The notes under the pieces are model-generated. The model did no database searches. It worked only from the letters and a program-made list of their open reading frames with translations, and was not told where the DNA came from. A program made the translations under genes and the position numbers. From Eledone cirrhosa (Eukaryota), in NCBI GenBank assembly GCA_964016885.1, contig OZ024742.1, forward strand, positions 244,466,001 through 244,530,000: DNA of 64,000 nt, in the 5' to 3' direction. Shown here piece by piece: positions 15,850-30,000 of the stretch (its first letter is position 1; the number at the start of each line of letters is the position of its first letter).

Positions 15850-18800
15850 GCTATTGGTTTTCTTGTTCACCTTTCATCATCAAAGATGACCAAGACTCCA
15901 TTTCTTAGACACCAACAACACTTCTTCAAGATAATCAACAATGAAAGATGACAGCCATGCAAGTGACTGGAAAATTGTAACTGCTCCCATCTAAACTATG
16001 GAAATGGCAGTATTTCATTGTTGCAGACATTTAATAATACTCTGACTGGCACAACAAAAGCTCATCTGTTTGTAGTTCCCAGAATTTAAAGATCTGACTT
16101 GCTCTCGACTTGGGTTATTATAAAGGAGGGTTATACTGAACACCAAGCCACATTTTCTCATCTCTAAGATACAAGCAACATTTTCTCATCACTAAGATGC
16201 AACCCACATTTTTTCATTTCTAAGATACAAGCCACATTTTCTCATTTCTAAGATGCAAGCCACATTTTCTCATTTCTAAGATGCAACCCACATTTTCTCA
16301 TTTCTAAGATGCAACCCACATTTTCTCATTTCTAAGATACAAGCCACATTTTCTCATTTCTAAGATACAACACACATTTTCTCATTTCTAAGATACAAGC
16401 CACATTTTCTCATCTCTAAGATACAAGCCACATTTTCTCATCTCTAAGATGCAAGCAACATTTTCACATCACTAAGATGCAAGCCACATTTTCTCATTTC
16501 TAAGATGCAAGCCACATTTTCTCATTTCTAAGATACAAGCCACATTTTCTCATTTCTAAGATGCAAGCCACATTTTCTCATTTCTAAGATACAAGCCTCA
16601 TTTTCTCATCTCTAAGATACAAGCCACATTTTCTCATCACTAAGATGCAAGCCACATTTTCTCATCTCTAAGATGCAAGCCACATTTTCTCATCTCTAAG
16701 ATCCAAGCTACATTTTCTCATTTCTAAGATGCAAGCCACATTTTCTCATTTCTAAGATACAAGCCACATTTTCTCATTTCTAAGATGCAAGCCACATTTT
16801 CTCATTTCTAAGATACAAGCCATATTTTCTCATTTTCTCATTTCTAAGATGCAAGCCACATTTTCTCATTTCTAAGATGCAAGCCACATTTTCTCATTTC
16901 TAAGATCCAAGCTACATTTTCTCATTTCTAAGATGCAAGCCACATTTTCTCATTTCTAAGATACAAGCCACATTTTCTCATTTCTAAGATGCAAGCCACA
17001 TTTTCTCATTTCTAAGATGCAAGCCACATTTTCTCATTTCTAAGATGCAAGCCACATTTTCTCATTTCTAAGATACAAGCCACATTTTCTCATTTCTAAG
17101 ATGCAACCCACATTTTCTCATTTCTAAGATACAAGCCACATTTTCTCATTTCTAAGATGCAACCCACATTTTCTCATTTCTAAGATACAAGCCACATTTT
17201 CTCATTTCTAAGATACAAGCCACATTTTCTCATTTCTAAGATGCAAGCCACATTTTCTCATTTCTAAGATGCAAGCCACATTTTCTCATTTCTAAGATAC
17301 AAGCCACATTTTCTCATTTCTAAGATACAACCCACATTTTCTCATTTCTAAGATACAAGCCACATTTTCTCATCTCTAAGATACAAGCCACATTTTCTCA
17401 TCTCTAAGATGCAAGCAACATTTTCACATCACTAAGATGCAAGCCACATTTTCTCATTTCTAAGATACAAGCCTCATTTTCTCATCTCTAAGATGCAAGC
17501 CACATTTTCTCATCTCTAAGATGCAAGCCACATTTTCTCATTTCTAAGATGCAAGCCACATTTTCTCATTTCTAAGATACAAGCCACATTTTCTCATTTC
17601 TAAGATGCAAGCCACATTTTCTCATTTCTAAGATACAAGCCTCATTTTCTCATCTCTAAGATACAAGCCACATTTTCTCATCACTAAGATGCAAGCCACA
17701 TTTTCTCATCTCTAAGATGCAAGCCACATTTTCTCATCTCTAAGATCCAAGCTACATTTTCTCATTTCTAAGATGCAAGCCACATTTTCTCATTTCTAAG
17801 ATACAAGTCACATTTTCTCATTTCTAAGATGCAAGCCACATTTTCTCATTTCTAAGATACAAGCCACATTTTCTCATTTCTAAGATGCAAGCCACATTTT
17901 CTCATTTCTAAGATACAAGCCACATTTTCTCATTTCTAAGATGCAAGCCACATTTTCTCATTTCTAAGATGCAAGCCACATTTTCTCATTTCTAAGATGC
18001 AAGCCACATTTTCTCATTTCTAAGATACAAGCCACATTTTCTCATTTCTAAGATGCAAGCCACATTTTCTCATTTCTAAGATACAAGCCACATTTTCTCA
18101 TTTCTAAGATGCAAGCCACATTTTCTCATTTCTAAGATACAAGCCACATTTTCTCATTTCTAAGATACAAGCCACATTTTCTCATTTCTAAGATACAAGC
18201 CACATTTTCTCATTTCTAAGATGCAAGCCACATTTTCTCATCTCTAAGATACAAGCCACATTTTCTCATTTCTAAGATGCAAGCCACATTTTCTCATTTC
18301 TAAGATCCAAGCTACATTTTCTCATCTCTAAGATACAAGCCACATTTTCTCATTTCTAAGATACAAGCCACATTTTCTCATTTCTAAGATACAAGCCACA
18401 TTTTCTCATTTCTAAGATACAAGCCACATTTTCTCATTTCTAAGATGCAAGCCACATTTTCTCATTTCTAAGATACAAGCCACATTTTCTCATTTCTAAG
18501 ATCCAAGCTACATTTTCTCATCTCTAAGATGCAAGCCACATTTTCTCATTTCTAAGATCCAAGCTACATTTTCTCATCTCTAAGATACAAGCCACATTTT
18601 CTCATTTCTAAGATACAAGCCACATTTTCTCATTTCTAAGATGCAAGCCACATTTTCTCATTTCTAAGATGCAAGCCACATTTTGTCATTTCTAAGATGC
18701 AAGCCACATTTTCTCATCTCTAAGATACAAGCCACATTTTCTCATCTCTAAGATACAAGCCACATTTTCTCATTTCTAAGATCCAAGCTACATTTTCTCA

Positions 18801-19290
18801 TCTCTAAGATGCAAGCCACATTTTCTCATTTCTAAGATCCAAGCTACATTTTCTCATCTCTAAGATACAAGCCACATTTTCTCATTTCTAAGATGCAAGC
18901 CACATTTTCTCATTTCTAAGATGCAAGCCACATTTTCTCATTTCTAAGATGCAAGCCACATTTTCTCATTTCTAAGATGCAAGCCACATTTTCTCATCTC
19001 TAAGATACAAGCCACATTTTCTCATCTCTAAGATGCAAGCCACATTTTCTCATTTCTAAGATGCAAGCCACATTTTGTCATTTCTAAGATGCAAGCCACA
19101 TTTTCTCATCTCTAAGATACAAGCCACATTTTCTCATCTCTAAGATGCAAGCCACATTTTCTCATTTCTAAGATGCAAGCCACATTTTCTCATCTCTAAG
19201 ATGCAACAAGATCTAGATATCACACCTTGCTCTGAAATACACATTCCACCATAGTAACACTGCTAGATATAGCTTTTTTACCTGTTAAAA
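15850..19290 (+). pseudogene. Putative highly decayed Tc1/mariner (rosa/DD41D-like) transposase C-terminal fossil, split by the 28-bp minisatellite (remnants ~15850-16170 and ~19200-19290)
   Basis: Frame-hopping translation gives ...PFIIKDD..., LQTFNNTLTG..HLF, *FPEFKDLT, ..KEGYTEHQATFSHL*DATRS. This is collinear with the mariner C-terminus GPYFFE...LRETFPGRLI..WPPRSPDLTPCDFFLWGYLKxxVY..P.T..LKDAIR. There are many stops and frameshifts, and the match is by eye only. Confidence 0.35.
16144..19206. repeat. 28-bp minisatellite CAAGCCACATTTTCTCATTTCTAAGAT(G/A), ~109 copies
   Basis: CACATTTTCT recurs every 28 bp (e.g. 16261, 16289). Monomers are very homogeneous. Confidence 0.98.
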
Positions 19291-20008
19291 TTTGATCACT
19301 AATGATTGGGTTTCCTACATACAGTCCACTGAAAATTCAGTCTTCAGATACAACGAATGAAAGATTTCTAAAGAATTTTACTGTGAGTTTAAGAGTCAGC
19401 AGCTACCCTCAATCTAGTTTAGCTGTCCTGCTAATGTTGTTGCCCTGCAGTGGCCCACTACTACATGCAGTTCATGGAAACACTGGTGAGGGTTTGGGGT
19501 TGTGTGGAAGCCAGTAATAGGCAAGTTGTCCTGAAAAGGAACTGGCAGGAACCCTACCAAAGATACTGTCTTAACCTGCCACTTCCATATTTCCTAAATG
19601 TGCACAGACTACTATAAAACTATGGACTATTGAGATTGATATCTGGCCAAGTTCATAAAATGTTAACATGAACATTTTCTCAGCCAAAGTGTATAAATCA
19701 TATTTATTCGCTTGTGCTTGATGGTTGTTAACCATACCAAGATTCTCAACTATCAATGGTCTGTTTCACCTAGCTCTAAATATCTATCATTGATAGTTAA
19801 AACTTATTGCTGTAAGGGGCAGAAGTATTGGACATTTCTTGCTGATTCTGTAAGATACTAAGCTTATATTTTTCCTATGATTATAGTATAGAGAGTGATG
19901 GTATCTACTAGTGTGACTTACTATATATAGTGATGGTAAACTCTAGTGTGACTTACCACAAATAGTGATGGTATCTACTAGTGTGACTTACCACAGAGAG
20001 TGATGGTA

Positions 20009-20409
20009 TTGTAGCGCTCTCTAGACAAAGGGAAGTAGCTAGAGTTACTTCCAGTAGAATTTCTAGAACATTCCTTGAACTTCCGTTCCAGGTATTATAA
20101 AAGAAAGAGAAGAAAGGGCAATCTCTCCTTGGCAACAGGCTCTTGAACTGACCACACTGAGCACAAATATGTTAAGCTTTTCCAGTCCTTTCTTGTTACA
20201 TGATAGAAGTGTAATCCTGAAATACAAGATAGGATTGGAAAAGCTTAACATATTTATGCTCAGTGTGGTCAGTTCAAGAGCCTGTTGCCAAAGAGAGATT
20301 GCCCTGTTCTCTTTCTTTTATAATACTGGGAACGGAAGTTCAAGGAATGTTCTAGAAATACTACAGGAAGTAATTCTAGCTACTTCCCTGTGTCTAGAGA
20401 GCACTACAG
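20009..20409. mobile_element. Fold-back MITE (non-autonomous DNA transposon, Tc1/mariner-type TA target duplication), ~401 bp
   Basis: Arms ~20009-20196 and ~20224-20409 are near-identical reverse complements around a ~27-bp spacer. Ends are (T/C)TGTAG...CTACAG, flanked by TA at 20007-8 and 20410-11. Removing the element restores the satellite monomer GTGATGGTATACATTAGTGTGAC. Confidence 0.88.
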
Positions 20410-20442
20410 TATACATTAGTGTGACTTACTATAGATAGAGAT

Positions 20443-21025
20443 CATCATCATCATCATCATCATCAACGTTTAACGTCCGTGTTCCACGCTTGCATGGGTT
20501 TGGACGGGGGTAGTCCCGCTTGAGGCAAGAGTGATTGTCTTGCTCGCATAGGACTGTCTGGCAGGTTTTCTACAGTTGGATGCCCTTCCTAACACCAACC
20601 ACATTTACAGTGTGGGTCTGGGAGGTTTTTACCGTGTTGCCTACACGGCCACATTACAGCGTGGACTGTGTGTTTTTTTGTCGTGACACCTACACGATCT
20701 CATTTGTTTCGGCCTCGATGGCGCGGCACCAACATAACTTTACATAGAACGGGGTGGTGTGGATCGGGTGGGGGTGGTGGGACGGGGTGTATTTGTTAGA
20801 GATGCCTACTGGCTGGAGTAGGTTTTACTATATATTTAGGTAAGGCGGGTCTTCTCTGTTACTGAGTACCGCCAAAGGTCTCGGTCCAGTGACATTGTCT
20901 TGGAGAGGTGTAAGTGTGTGATGTCGGAGTTTATCAGCTCGTCCCAGGTTTTTCTAGGTCTGCCTATTCCGTGACTACCGTCTATCTTTATTGCCCTGCA
21001 CTTTGTTATACAGCTATCGACTTTC
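20443..21025 (-). mobile_element. 5'-truncated RTE-clade LINE: ORF C-terminus, 3' UTR and (GAT)n tail
   Basis: (ATC)n at 20441-20464 on the + strand is the tail. A 6-bp TSD AGAGAT lies at 20437-20442 and 21026-21031. The UTR carries the GGATGCCCTTCCTAACACCAACC motif seen in RTE-related 3' ends. Confidence 0.88.
20836..21024 (-). pseudogene. C-terminal remnant of RTE LINE ORF
   Basis: Translates as KVDSCITKCRAIKIDGSHGIGRPRKTWDELINSDITHLHLSKTMSLDRDLWRYSVTEKTRLT*. GRPRKTW...DR..WR is the characteristic RTE-clade C-terminus. Confidence 0.85.
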
Positions 21026-24000
21026 AGAGATGGTATATATTAGTGTGACTTACTATAGATAGTGATGGTATCTACTAGTGTGACTTATCATACATAGAGA
21101 TGGTATATATTAGTGTGATTTACTATAGATAGTGATGGTATCTACTAATGTGACTTACTATAGATAGTGATGGTATCAACTAGTCTTACTTACTATAGAT
21201 AATGATGGTATATACTAGTGTTATTTACTATAGATAGTGATGGTATCTACTAGTGTGACTTACCATAGATAGTGATGGTATACACTAGTGTGACTTGCCA
21301 TAGATAGTGGTGGTATATACTAGTGTGACTTACCATAGATAGTGATGGTATATACTAGTGTGACTTAATATATATAGATATTGATGGTATCTACTAGTGT
21401 GACTTACTATAGATAGAGATGGTATATACTAGTGTGACTTACCATAGATAGTGATAGTATATACTAGTGTGACTTACTATATATAGATAGTGATGGTATC
21501 TACTAGTGTGACTTACCATAGTCAGTGGTGGTATACACTAGTGTTACTTACTATAAATAGTGATGGTATCTACTAGTGTGACTTACTATAGATAGTGGTG
21601 GTATATACTAGTGTGACTTACTAAGATAGTGATGGTATCTACTAGTTTGACTTACCATAGATAGTGATGGTATATACTAGTGTGACTTATCATAGAGAGT
21701 GATGGTATATACTAGTGTGACTTACTATATATAGATAGTGATGGTATCTACTAGTGTGACTTACCATAGACAGTGGTGGTATACACTAGTGTTATTTACT
21801 ATAGATAGTGATAGTATCTACTAGTGTGACTTACAATAGATAGTGATGGTATCTACTAGTGTGACTTACCATAGATAGTGATGGTATATACTAGTGTGAC
21901 ATACTAAGATAGTGATGGTATCTAATAGTTTGACTTACCATAGATAGTGATGGTATATACTAGTGTGACTTACCATAGATAGTGATGGTATATACTACTG
22001 TGACTTACTATAGATAGTGATGGTATCTACTAGTGTGACTTACTATAGATAGTGATGGTATATACTAGTGTGACTTACCATAGATAGTGATGGTATACAC
22101 TAATGTGACTTACAACAGATAGTGATAGTATATACTAGTGTGACTTACCACAGATAGAGATGGAATATACTAATGTGACTTACCACAGATAGTGACGGTA
22201 TATACTAGTGTGACTTACCGTAGATAGTGGTAGTATATACTAGTATGACTTACCACAGATAGTGATGGTATATACTAATGTGACTTACCACAGATAGTGA
22301 CAGTATATACTAGTGTGACTTACCATAGATAGTGGTGGTATATACTAGTGTGACTTACTATAGATAGTGATGGTATTTATAGTGTGACTTACTACAGAGA
22401 GTGATGGTATCTACTAGTGTGACTTACCACAGATAGAGATGGTATATACTAATGTGACTTACCACAGATAGTAACGGTATATACTAGTGTGACTTACCAT
22501 AGATAGTGGTGGTATATACTAGTGTGACTTAGCATAGACAGTGGTGGTATCTACTAGTGTGACTTACCATAGACAGTGATGGTATCTACTAGTGTGACTT
22601 ACTATAGATAGAGATGGTATCAACTAGTGTGACTTACCATAGATAGTCTATGTGATTTACCACAGATAGTAGTGGTATATACTAGTGTGACTTACCATAG
22701 ATAGTGATGGTATATACTAGTGTCAGTTACTATAGATAGTGATGGTATCTACTAGTGTGACTTATCATAGACAGTGGTGGTATATACTAGTGTTACTTAC
22801 TATAGATAGTGATGGTATCTACTAGTGTGACTTACCATAGATAGTGATGGTATCTACTAGTGTGACTTACCATAGATAGTGATGGTATATACTAGTGTTA
22901 CTTAGCATAGATAGTGGTGGTATATACTAGTGTTACTTACTATAGATAGTGACGGTATCTACTAATGTAACTTACCATAGACAGTGGTGGTATATACAAG
23001 TGTTACTTACTATAGATAGTGATGGTATGTACTAGTGTAACATACCATAGATAGTGGTGGTATATACTAGTGTGCCTTACTATAGATAGTGATGGTATCT
23101 GCTAGTGTGACTTACCACAGATAGTGATGGTATACACTAGTGTGACTTACCATAGATAGTGACGGTATATACTAGTGTAACTTACCACAGAGGGTGATGG
23201 TATCTACTAGTGTGACTTACTATAGATAGTGTTGCTATATACTAGTGGGACTTACTATAGAGGGTGATGGTATCTACTAGTGTGACTTACCATAGATAGT
23301 GATTGTATACTCTAGTGTGACTTACAATAGATAATGATGGTATCTACTAGTGTGACTTACCACAGAGAGTGATGGTATATACTAGTGTGACTTACCATAG
23401 ATAGTGTGGTATATAATAGTGTGACTTACTATAATCAGTGAAGGTATCTACCAGTGTGACTTACTATAGATAGTGATGGTATGTACTAGTGTGACATACC
23501 ATAGATAGTGGTGGTATATACTAGTGTGACTTACTATAGATAGTGATGGTATCTACTAGTGTCACTTACCACAGATAGTGATGATATCTACTAGTGTGAC
23601 TTAGTATAGATGGAAATGGTATCTACCGGTGTGATTTACCACAGAGAGTGATGGTATCTACTAGTGTGACTTACCATAGATAGTGAGTGTATATAATAGT
23701 GTGACTTACTATAAAGAGTGATAGTATCTACTAGTGTGACTTACAATAGATAGTGATGGTATCTACTAGTGTGACTTACCATAGACAGTGGTAGTATATA
23801 CTAGTGTTACGTACTATAGATAGTGATGATATCTACTAGTGTGACTTATTATAGATAGTGATGGTATATACTAGTGTGACTTACCATAGATAGTGATGGT
23901 ATATACTAGTGTGACTTACTATAGAGAGTGATGATATCTACTAGTGTGACTTACCATAGATAGTGATGGTATATACTAGTGTAACTTACTATAACGTGTG

Positions 24001-27000
24001 ATGGTATCTACTAGTGTGACTTACCACAGATAGTGATGGTATATATTAGAGTGACTTACCATGGATAGTGATGGTATCTACTAGTGTTGCTTACAACAGA
24101 TAATGATAGTATATACTAGTGTGACTTACCACAGATAGTGATGGTATACACTAGTGTGACTTACCATAGTTAGTGATGGTATATAATAGTGTAACTTACT
24201 ATAGATAGTGGTTGTAACTATAGTGTGACTTACCATAGATAGTGATGGTATCTACTAGTGTGACTTTCTACAGATGGTGATGGTATCTACTAGTGTAACT
24301 TACCAGAGATAGTGGTGGTATATACTAGTGTTACTTACCATAGATAGTGATGGTATACACTAGTGTGACTTACTATAGATTTATTATAGATAGTGATGGT
24401 ATATACTAGTGTCACTTACCACAGATAGTGATGGTATCTACTAGTGTGACTTACAACAGATAGTGATAGTATATACTAGTGTGACTTACCATAGACAGTG
24501 GTGGTATATACTAGTGTGACTTACCACAGATCGTGATGGTATACACTAGTGTGACTTACCATAGTTAGTGATGGTATATAATAGTGTAATTTACTATAGA
24601 TAGTGCTTGTATCTACTAGTGTGACTTGCCATAGATAGTGATGGTATCTACTAGTGTGACTTTCTACAGATGGTGATGGTATCTACTAGTGTGACTTAAC
24701 ACAGTGAGTGATGGTATATACTAGTGTGACTTACCATAGATAGAGATGGTATAAAAAAGTGTGACTTAATATAATCAGTGATGGTATCTACTAGTGTGAC
24801 TTACAACAGAGAGTGATGGTATATACTTGTGTTATTTTCTATAGATAGTGATGGTATACACTAGTGTGAATTACTATAGATATTGATGGTATCTACTAGT
24901 GTGATTTAACACAGTGAGTGATGGTATATACTAGTGTGACTTACCATAGATAGTATTGATATACAATAGTGTGACTTACTATAATAAGGGATGGTATCTA
25001 CTAGTGTGAATTGCCATAGATTGTGATGGTATACACTAGTGTGGATTACTATAGATTTACAATAGATAGTGATGGTATATACTAGTGTCACTTACCACAG
25101 ATAGTGATGGTATCTACTAGTGTGACTTACCATAGATAGTGATGGTATATACTAGTGTGACAAACAATAGATAGTGATGGTATATACTAGTGTGACTTAC
25201 AGCAGATCGTGATGGTATACACTGGTGTGACTTATTAGAGATAGTGATGGTATCTACTAGTGTGACTTACCACAGATAGTGACGATATATACTAGTGTGA
25301 CTTACCATAGATAGTGGTGGTATATACTAGTGTGACTTACCACAAATCGTGATGGTATACACTAGTGTGATTTACCATAGTAAGTGATGGTATATAATAG
25401 TGTAACTTACTATAGATAGTGCTTGTATCTATAGTGTGACTTACCATAGATAGTGATGGTATCTACTAGTGTGACTTTCTACAGGTAGTGATGGTATCTA
25501 CTAGTGTAACTTACCAGAGATAGTGGTGGTATATACTAGTGTTACTTACTATTGATAGTGATGGTACCTACTAATGTGACTTACCATAGACAGTGATGGT
25601 ATATACTTGTGTTATTTACTATAGATAGTGATGGTATACACTAGTGTGAATTACTATAGATATTGATGGTATCTACTAGTGTGACTTACAACAGAGAGTG
25701 ATGGTATATAGTAGTGTGACTTACCATAGATAGTGTTGATATACAATAGTGTGACTTACTATAATAAGGGATGGTATACACGAGTGTGACTTACTATAGA
25801 TTTACAATAGATAGTGATGGTATATACTAGTGTCACTTACCACAGATAGTGATGGTATATACTAGTGTGACAAACAATAGATAGTGATGGTATATACTAG
25901 TGTGACTTACAACAGATAGTGATAGTATCTACTAGTGTGACTTACCATAGATAGAGATGGTATATACTAACGTGACTTATCACAGATAGTGACGGTATAT
26001 ACTAGTGTGACTTACCATAGATAGTGGTGGTATACACTAGTGTGACATACCGCAGATCGTGATGGTATACACTAGTGTGACTTATTAGAGATAGTGATGG
26101 TATCTACTAGTGTGACTTACCACAGAGAATTGTGATACATGCTAGTGTGACTTACCATAGATAGTGATGGTATATAATAGTGTATTTTACTATAGATAGT
26201 GATGTTATCTATAGTGTGACTTACCATAGATATTGATGGTATCTACTAGTATGACTTATAATAGATAGAGATGGTATATACTAATGTAACTTACCACAGA
26301 TAGTGGTGGTATATACTAGTGTTACTTACTATAGATAGTGGTGGTATCTACTAGTGTGACTTACCATAGATAGTGGTGGTATATAGTAGTGTGACTTACC
26401 ATAGATAGTGATGGTATATACTAGTGTTACTAACTATAAATAGTGATGGTATCTACTAGTGTCACTTACCATAGACAGTTATGGTATATACTAGTGTTAC
26501 TTACTATAGATAGTGATGGTATCTACTAGTGTGACTTACTATAGATAGTGATGGTATCTACTAGTGTGACTTACCATAGATAGTGATGGTATATACTAGT
26601 GTGTTTTACTATAGATAGTGGTGGTATATACTAGTGTGCCTTAATATAGATAGTGATGGTATCTACTAGTGTGACTTACCACAGAGAGTGATGGTATATA
26701 CTAGTGTGACTTACCATAGATAGTGTTGGTATATAATAGTGTAACTTACTATAATCAGTGATGGTATCTACTAGTGTGACTTGCCATAGATCGTGATGGT
26801 ATCTACTAGTGTGACTTACTATAGATTTACCATAGATAGTGATGGTATATACTAGTGTGACTTACCATAGATAGTGGTGGTATATACTAGTGTGAATTAT
26901 TATAGATAGTGATGGTATCTACTAGTGTGACTTACCATAGACAGTGATGGTATCAATAGTGTTACTTACCATAGACAGTGATGGTATCTACTAGTGTGAC

Positions 27001-30000
27001 TTACCACAGAGAGTGATGGTATATACTACTGTGACTTACCATAGATAGTGGTGGTATATACTAGTGTGAATTATTATAGATAGTGATGGTATCTACTAGT
27101 ATGACTTATAATAGATAGAGATGGTATATACTAATGTAATTTACCACAGATAGTGATGGTATATACTAGTGTTACTTACTGTAGATAGTGATGGTATCTA
27201 CTAGTGTGACTTACTATAGATAGTGATGGTATCTACTAGTGTGACTTACCATAGGTAGTGAAGGTATCTACTAGTGTGACTTACCATAGATAGTGATGGT
27301 ATATACTACTGTGAGTTACTATAAATAGTGATGGTATCTATTTGTGTGACTTACTATTGATAGTGATGATATGTACTATTGTGACTTACCATAGATAGTG
27401 GTGGTATATACTAGTGTGCCTTACTATAGATATTGATGGTATCTACTAGTGTGACTTACGACAGATAGTGATGGTGTTCACTAGTGTGACTTACCATAGA
27501 TAGTGATTTTATACACTAGTGTGACTTACTACAGATAGTGATGGTATCTACTAGTGTGACTTACAACAGAGAGTGTTGGTATATAGTAGCGTGACTTACC
27601 ATAGATAGTGTTGATATACAATAGTGTGACTTACTATAATAAGGGATGGTATCTACTAGTGTGAATTGCCATAGATCGTGATGGTATACACTAGTGTGAC
27701 TTACTATAGATTTACAATAGATAGTGATGGTATATACAAGTGTCACTTACCACAGATTGTGATGGTATCTACTAGTGTGACTTACCATATATAGTGATGG
27801 TATATACTAGTGTGACAAACAATAGATAGTGATGGTATATACTAGTGTGACTTACAACAGATAGTGATAGTATCTACTAGTGTGACTTACCATAGATAGA
27901 GATGGTATACACTAATGTGACTTATCACAGATAGTGACGGTATATACTAGTGTGACTTACCATAGATAGTGATGGTATACACTAGTGTGACTTGCTGCAG
28001 ATCGTGATGGTATACACTAGTGTGACTTATTAGAGATAGTGATGGTATCTACTAGTGTGACTTACCAGAGAGAGTTGTGATATATGCTAGTGTGACTTTC
28101 CATAGATAGTGATGGTATATAATAGTGTATTTTACTATAGATAGTGATGTTATCTATAGTGTGACTTACCATAGATATTGATGGTATCTACTAGTGTGAC
28201 TTACTACAGGTAGTGATGGTATCTACTGGTGTAACTTACCACAGATAGTGGTGGTATATACTAGTGTGAGTTACCATAGATAGTGATGGTATCTACTAGT
28301 GTGACTTACCATAGGTAGTGAAGGTATATACTAGTGTGTCTTACAACAGATAGTGATGTTATATACTAGTGTGACTTACCACAGATAGAGATGGTAAGAT
28401 GGTATACACTAATGTGACTTACCACAGATAGTGACGATATCTACTAGTGTGGCTTACCACAAATCGTGATGGTATACACTAGTGTGATTTACCAAAGTTA
28501 GTGATGGTATATAATAGTGTAACTTACTATAGATAGTGATGGTATCTATAGTGTGACTTACCATAGATAGTGATGGTATCTACTAGTGTGACTTTCTACA
28601 GATAGTGATGGTATCTACTAGTGTAACTTACCAGAGATAGTGGTGGTATATACTAGTGTTACTTACCATAGATAGTGATGGTATATACTAGTGTTACTTA
28701 CTATAGATAGTGATGGTACCTACTAATGTGACTTACCATAGACAGTGATGCTATATACTAGTGTTCTTTAATATAGATAGTGATGGTATATACTAGTGTG
28801 ACTTACCATAGATAGTGATGGTAAATAAAAGTGTGACTTAATATAATCAGTGATGGTACCTACTAATTTGACTTACTATATATAGTGGTGGTATATACTA
28901 GCGTGCCTTACTATAGATAGTGATGGTATCTACTAGTGTGACTTACCACAGATAGTGATGGTATATACTAGTGTGACTTACCATAGATACTGGTGGTATA
29001 TAGTAGTGTGACTTACCATAGATAGTGATGGTATATACTAGTGTGACTTACTATAGATAGTGATGGTATCTACTAGTGTGAATTACTATAGATAGTGATG
29101 GTATCTACTAGTGTGACTTACCATAGACAGTAATGGTATCTACTAGTGTTACTTACCATAGATAGTGATGGTATATACTACTGTGAGTTACTATAGGGTA
29201 GTGATGGTATCTATTAGTGTGACTTACAATTGATAGTGAGGTATTTACTAGTGTGACTTACCATAGATAGTGGTGGTATATACTAGTGTGCCTTACTATA
29301 GATATTGATGGTATCTACTAGTGTGACTTATCACAGATAGTGATGGTATACACTAGTGTGACTTACCATAGATAGTGATTGTATACACTAGTGTGACTTA
29401 CTATAGATAGTGATGGTATCTACGAGTGTGACTTACCACAGAGAGTGATGGTATATACTAGTGTGACTTACTATAGATTTACCATAGATAGTGATGGTAT
29501 ATACTAGTGTGACTTACCATAGATAGTGATGGTATATACTAGTGTGACTTACCATAGATAGTGATGGTATATACTAGTGTGACTAACAATAGATAGTGAT
29601 GGTATATACTAGTGTGACTTACCACAGATAGTGATAGTATATACTAGTGTGACTTACCACAGATAGAGATGGTATATACTAATGTGACTTATCACAGATA
29701 GTGACGGTATATACTAGTGTGACTTACCATAGATAGTGGTGGTATATACTAGTGTGACTTATCTCAGATCGTGATGGTATACACTAGTGTGACTTATTAT
29801 AGATAGTGATGGTATATACTAGTGTGACTTACCAGAGAGAGTTGTGATATATACTAGTGTGACTTACCATATATAGTGATGGTATATAATAGTGTAACTT
29901 ACTATAGATAGTGATGGTATCTATAGTGTGACTTACCATAGACACTAATGGTATCTACTAGTGTGACTTACTACAGATAGTGATGGTATCTACTAGTGTA

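Noticed and set aside
15540-15850. Faint resemblance to a decayed 35-bp satellite (e.g. ATACTAAAGATAATGATGGT)
   Set aside because: No periodicity could be established by eye; it may be chance in AT-rich DNA.
19302-20747. Short ORFs of 60-89 aa
   Set aside because: No homology recognised. The mirrored ORFs at 19953-20438 simply reflect the MITE's inverted arms.
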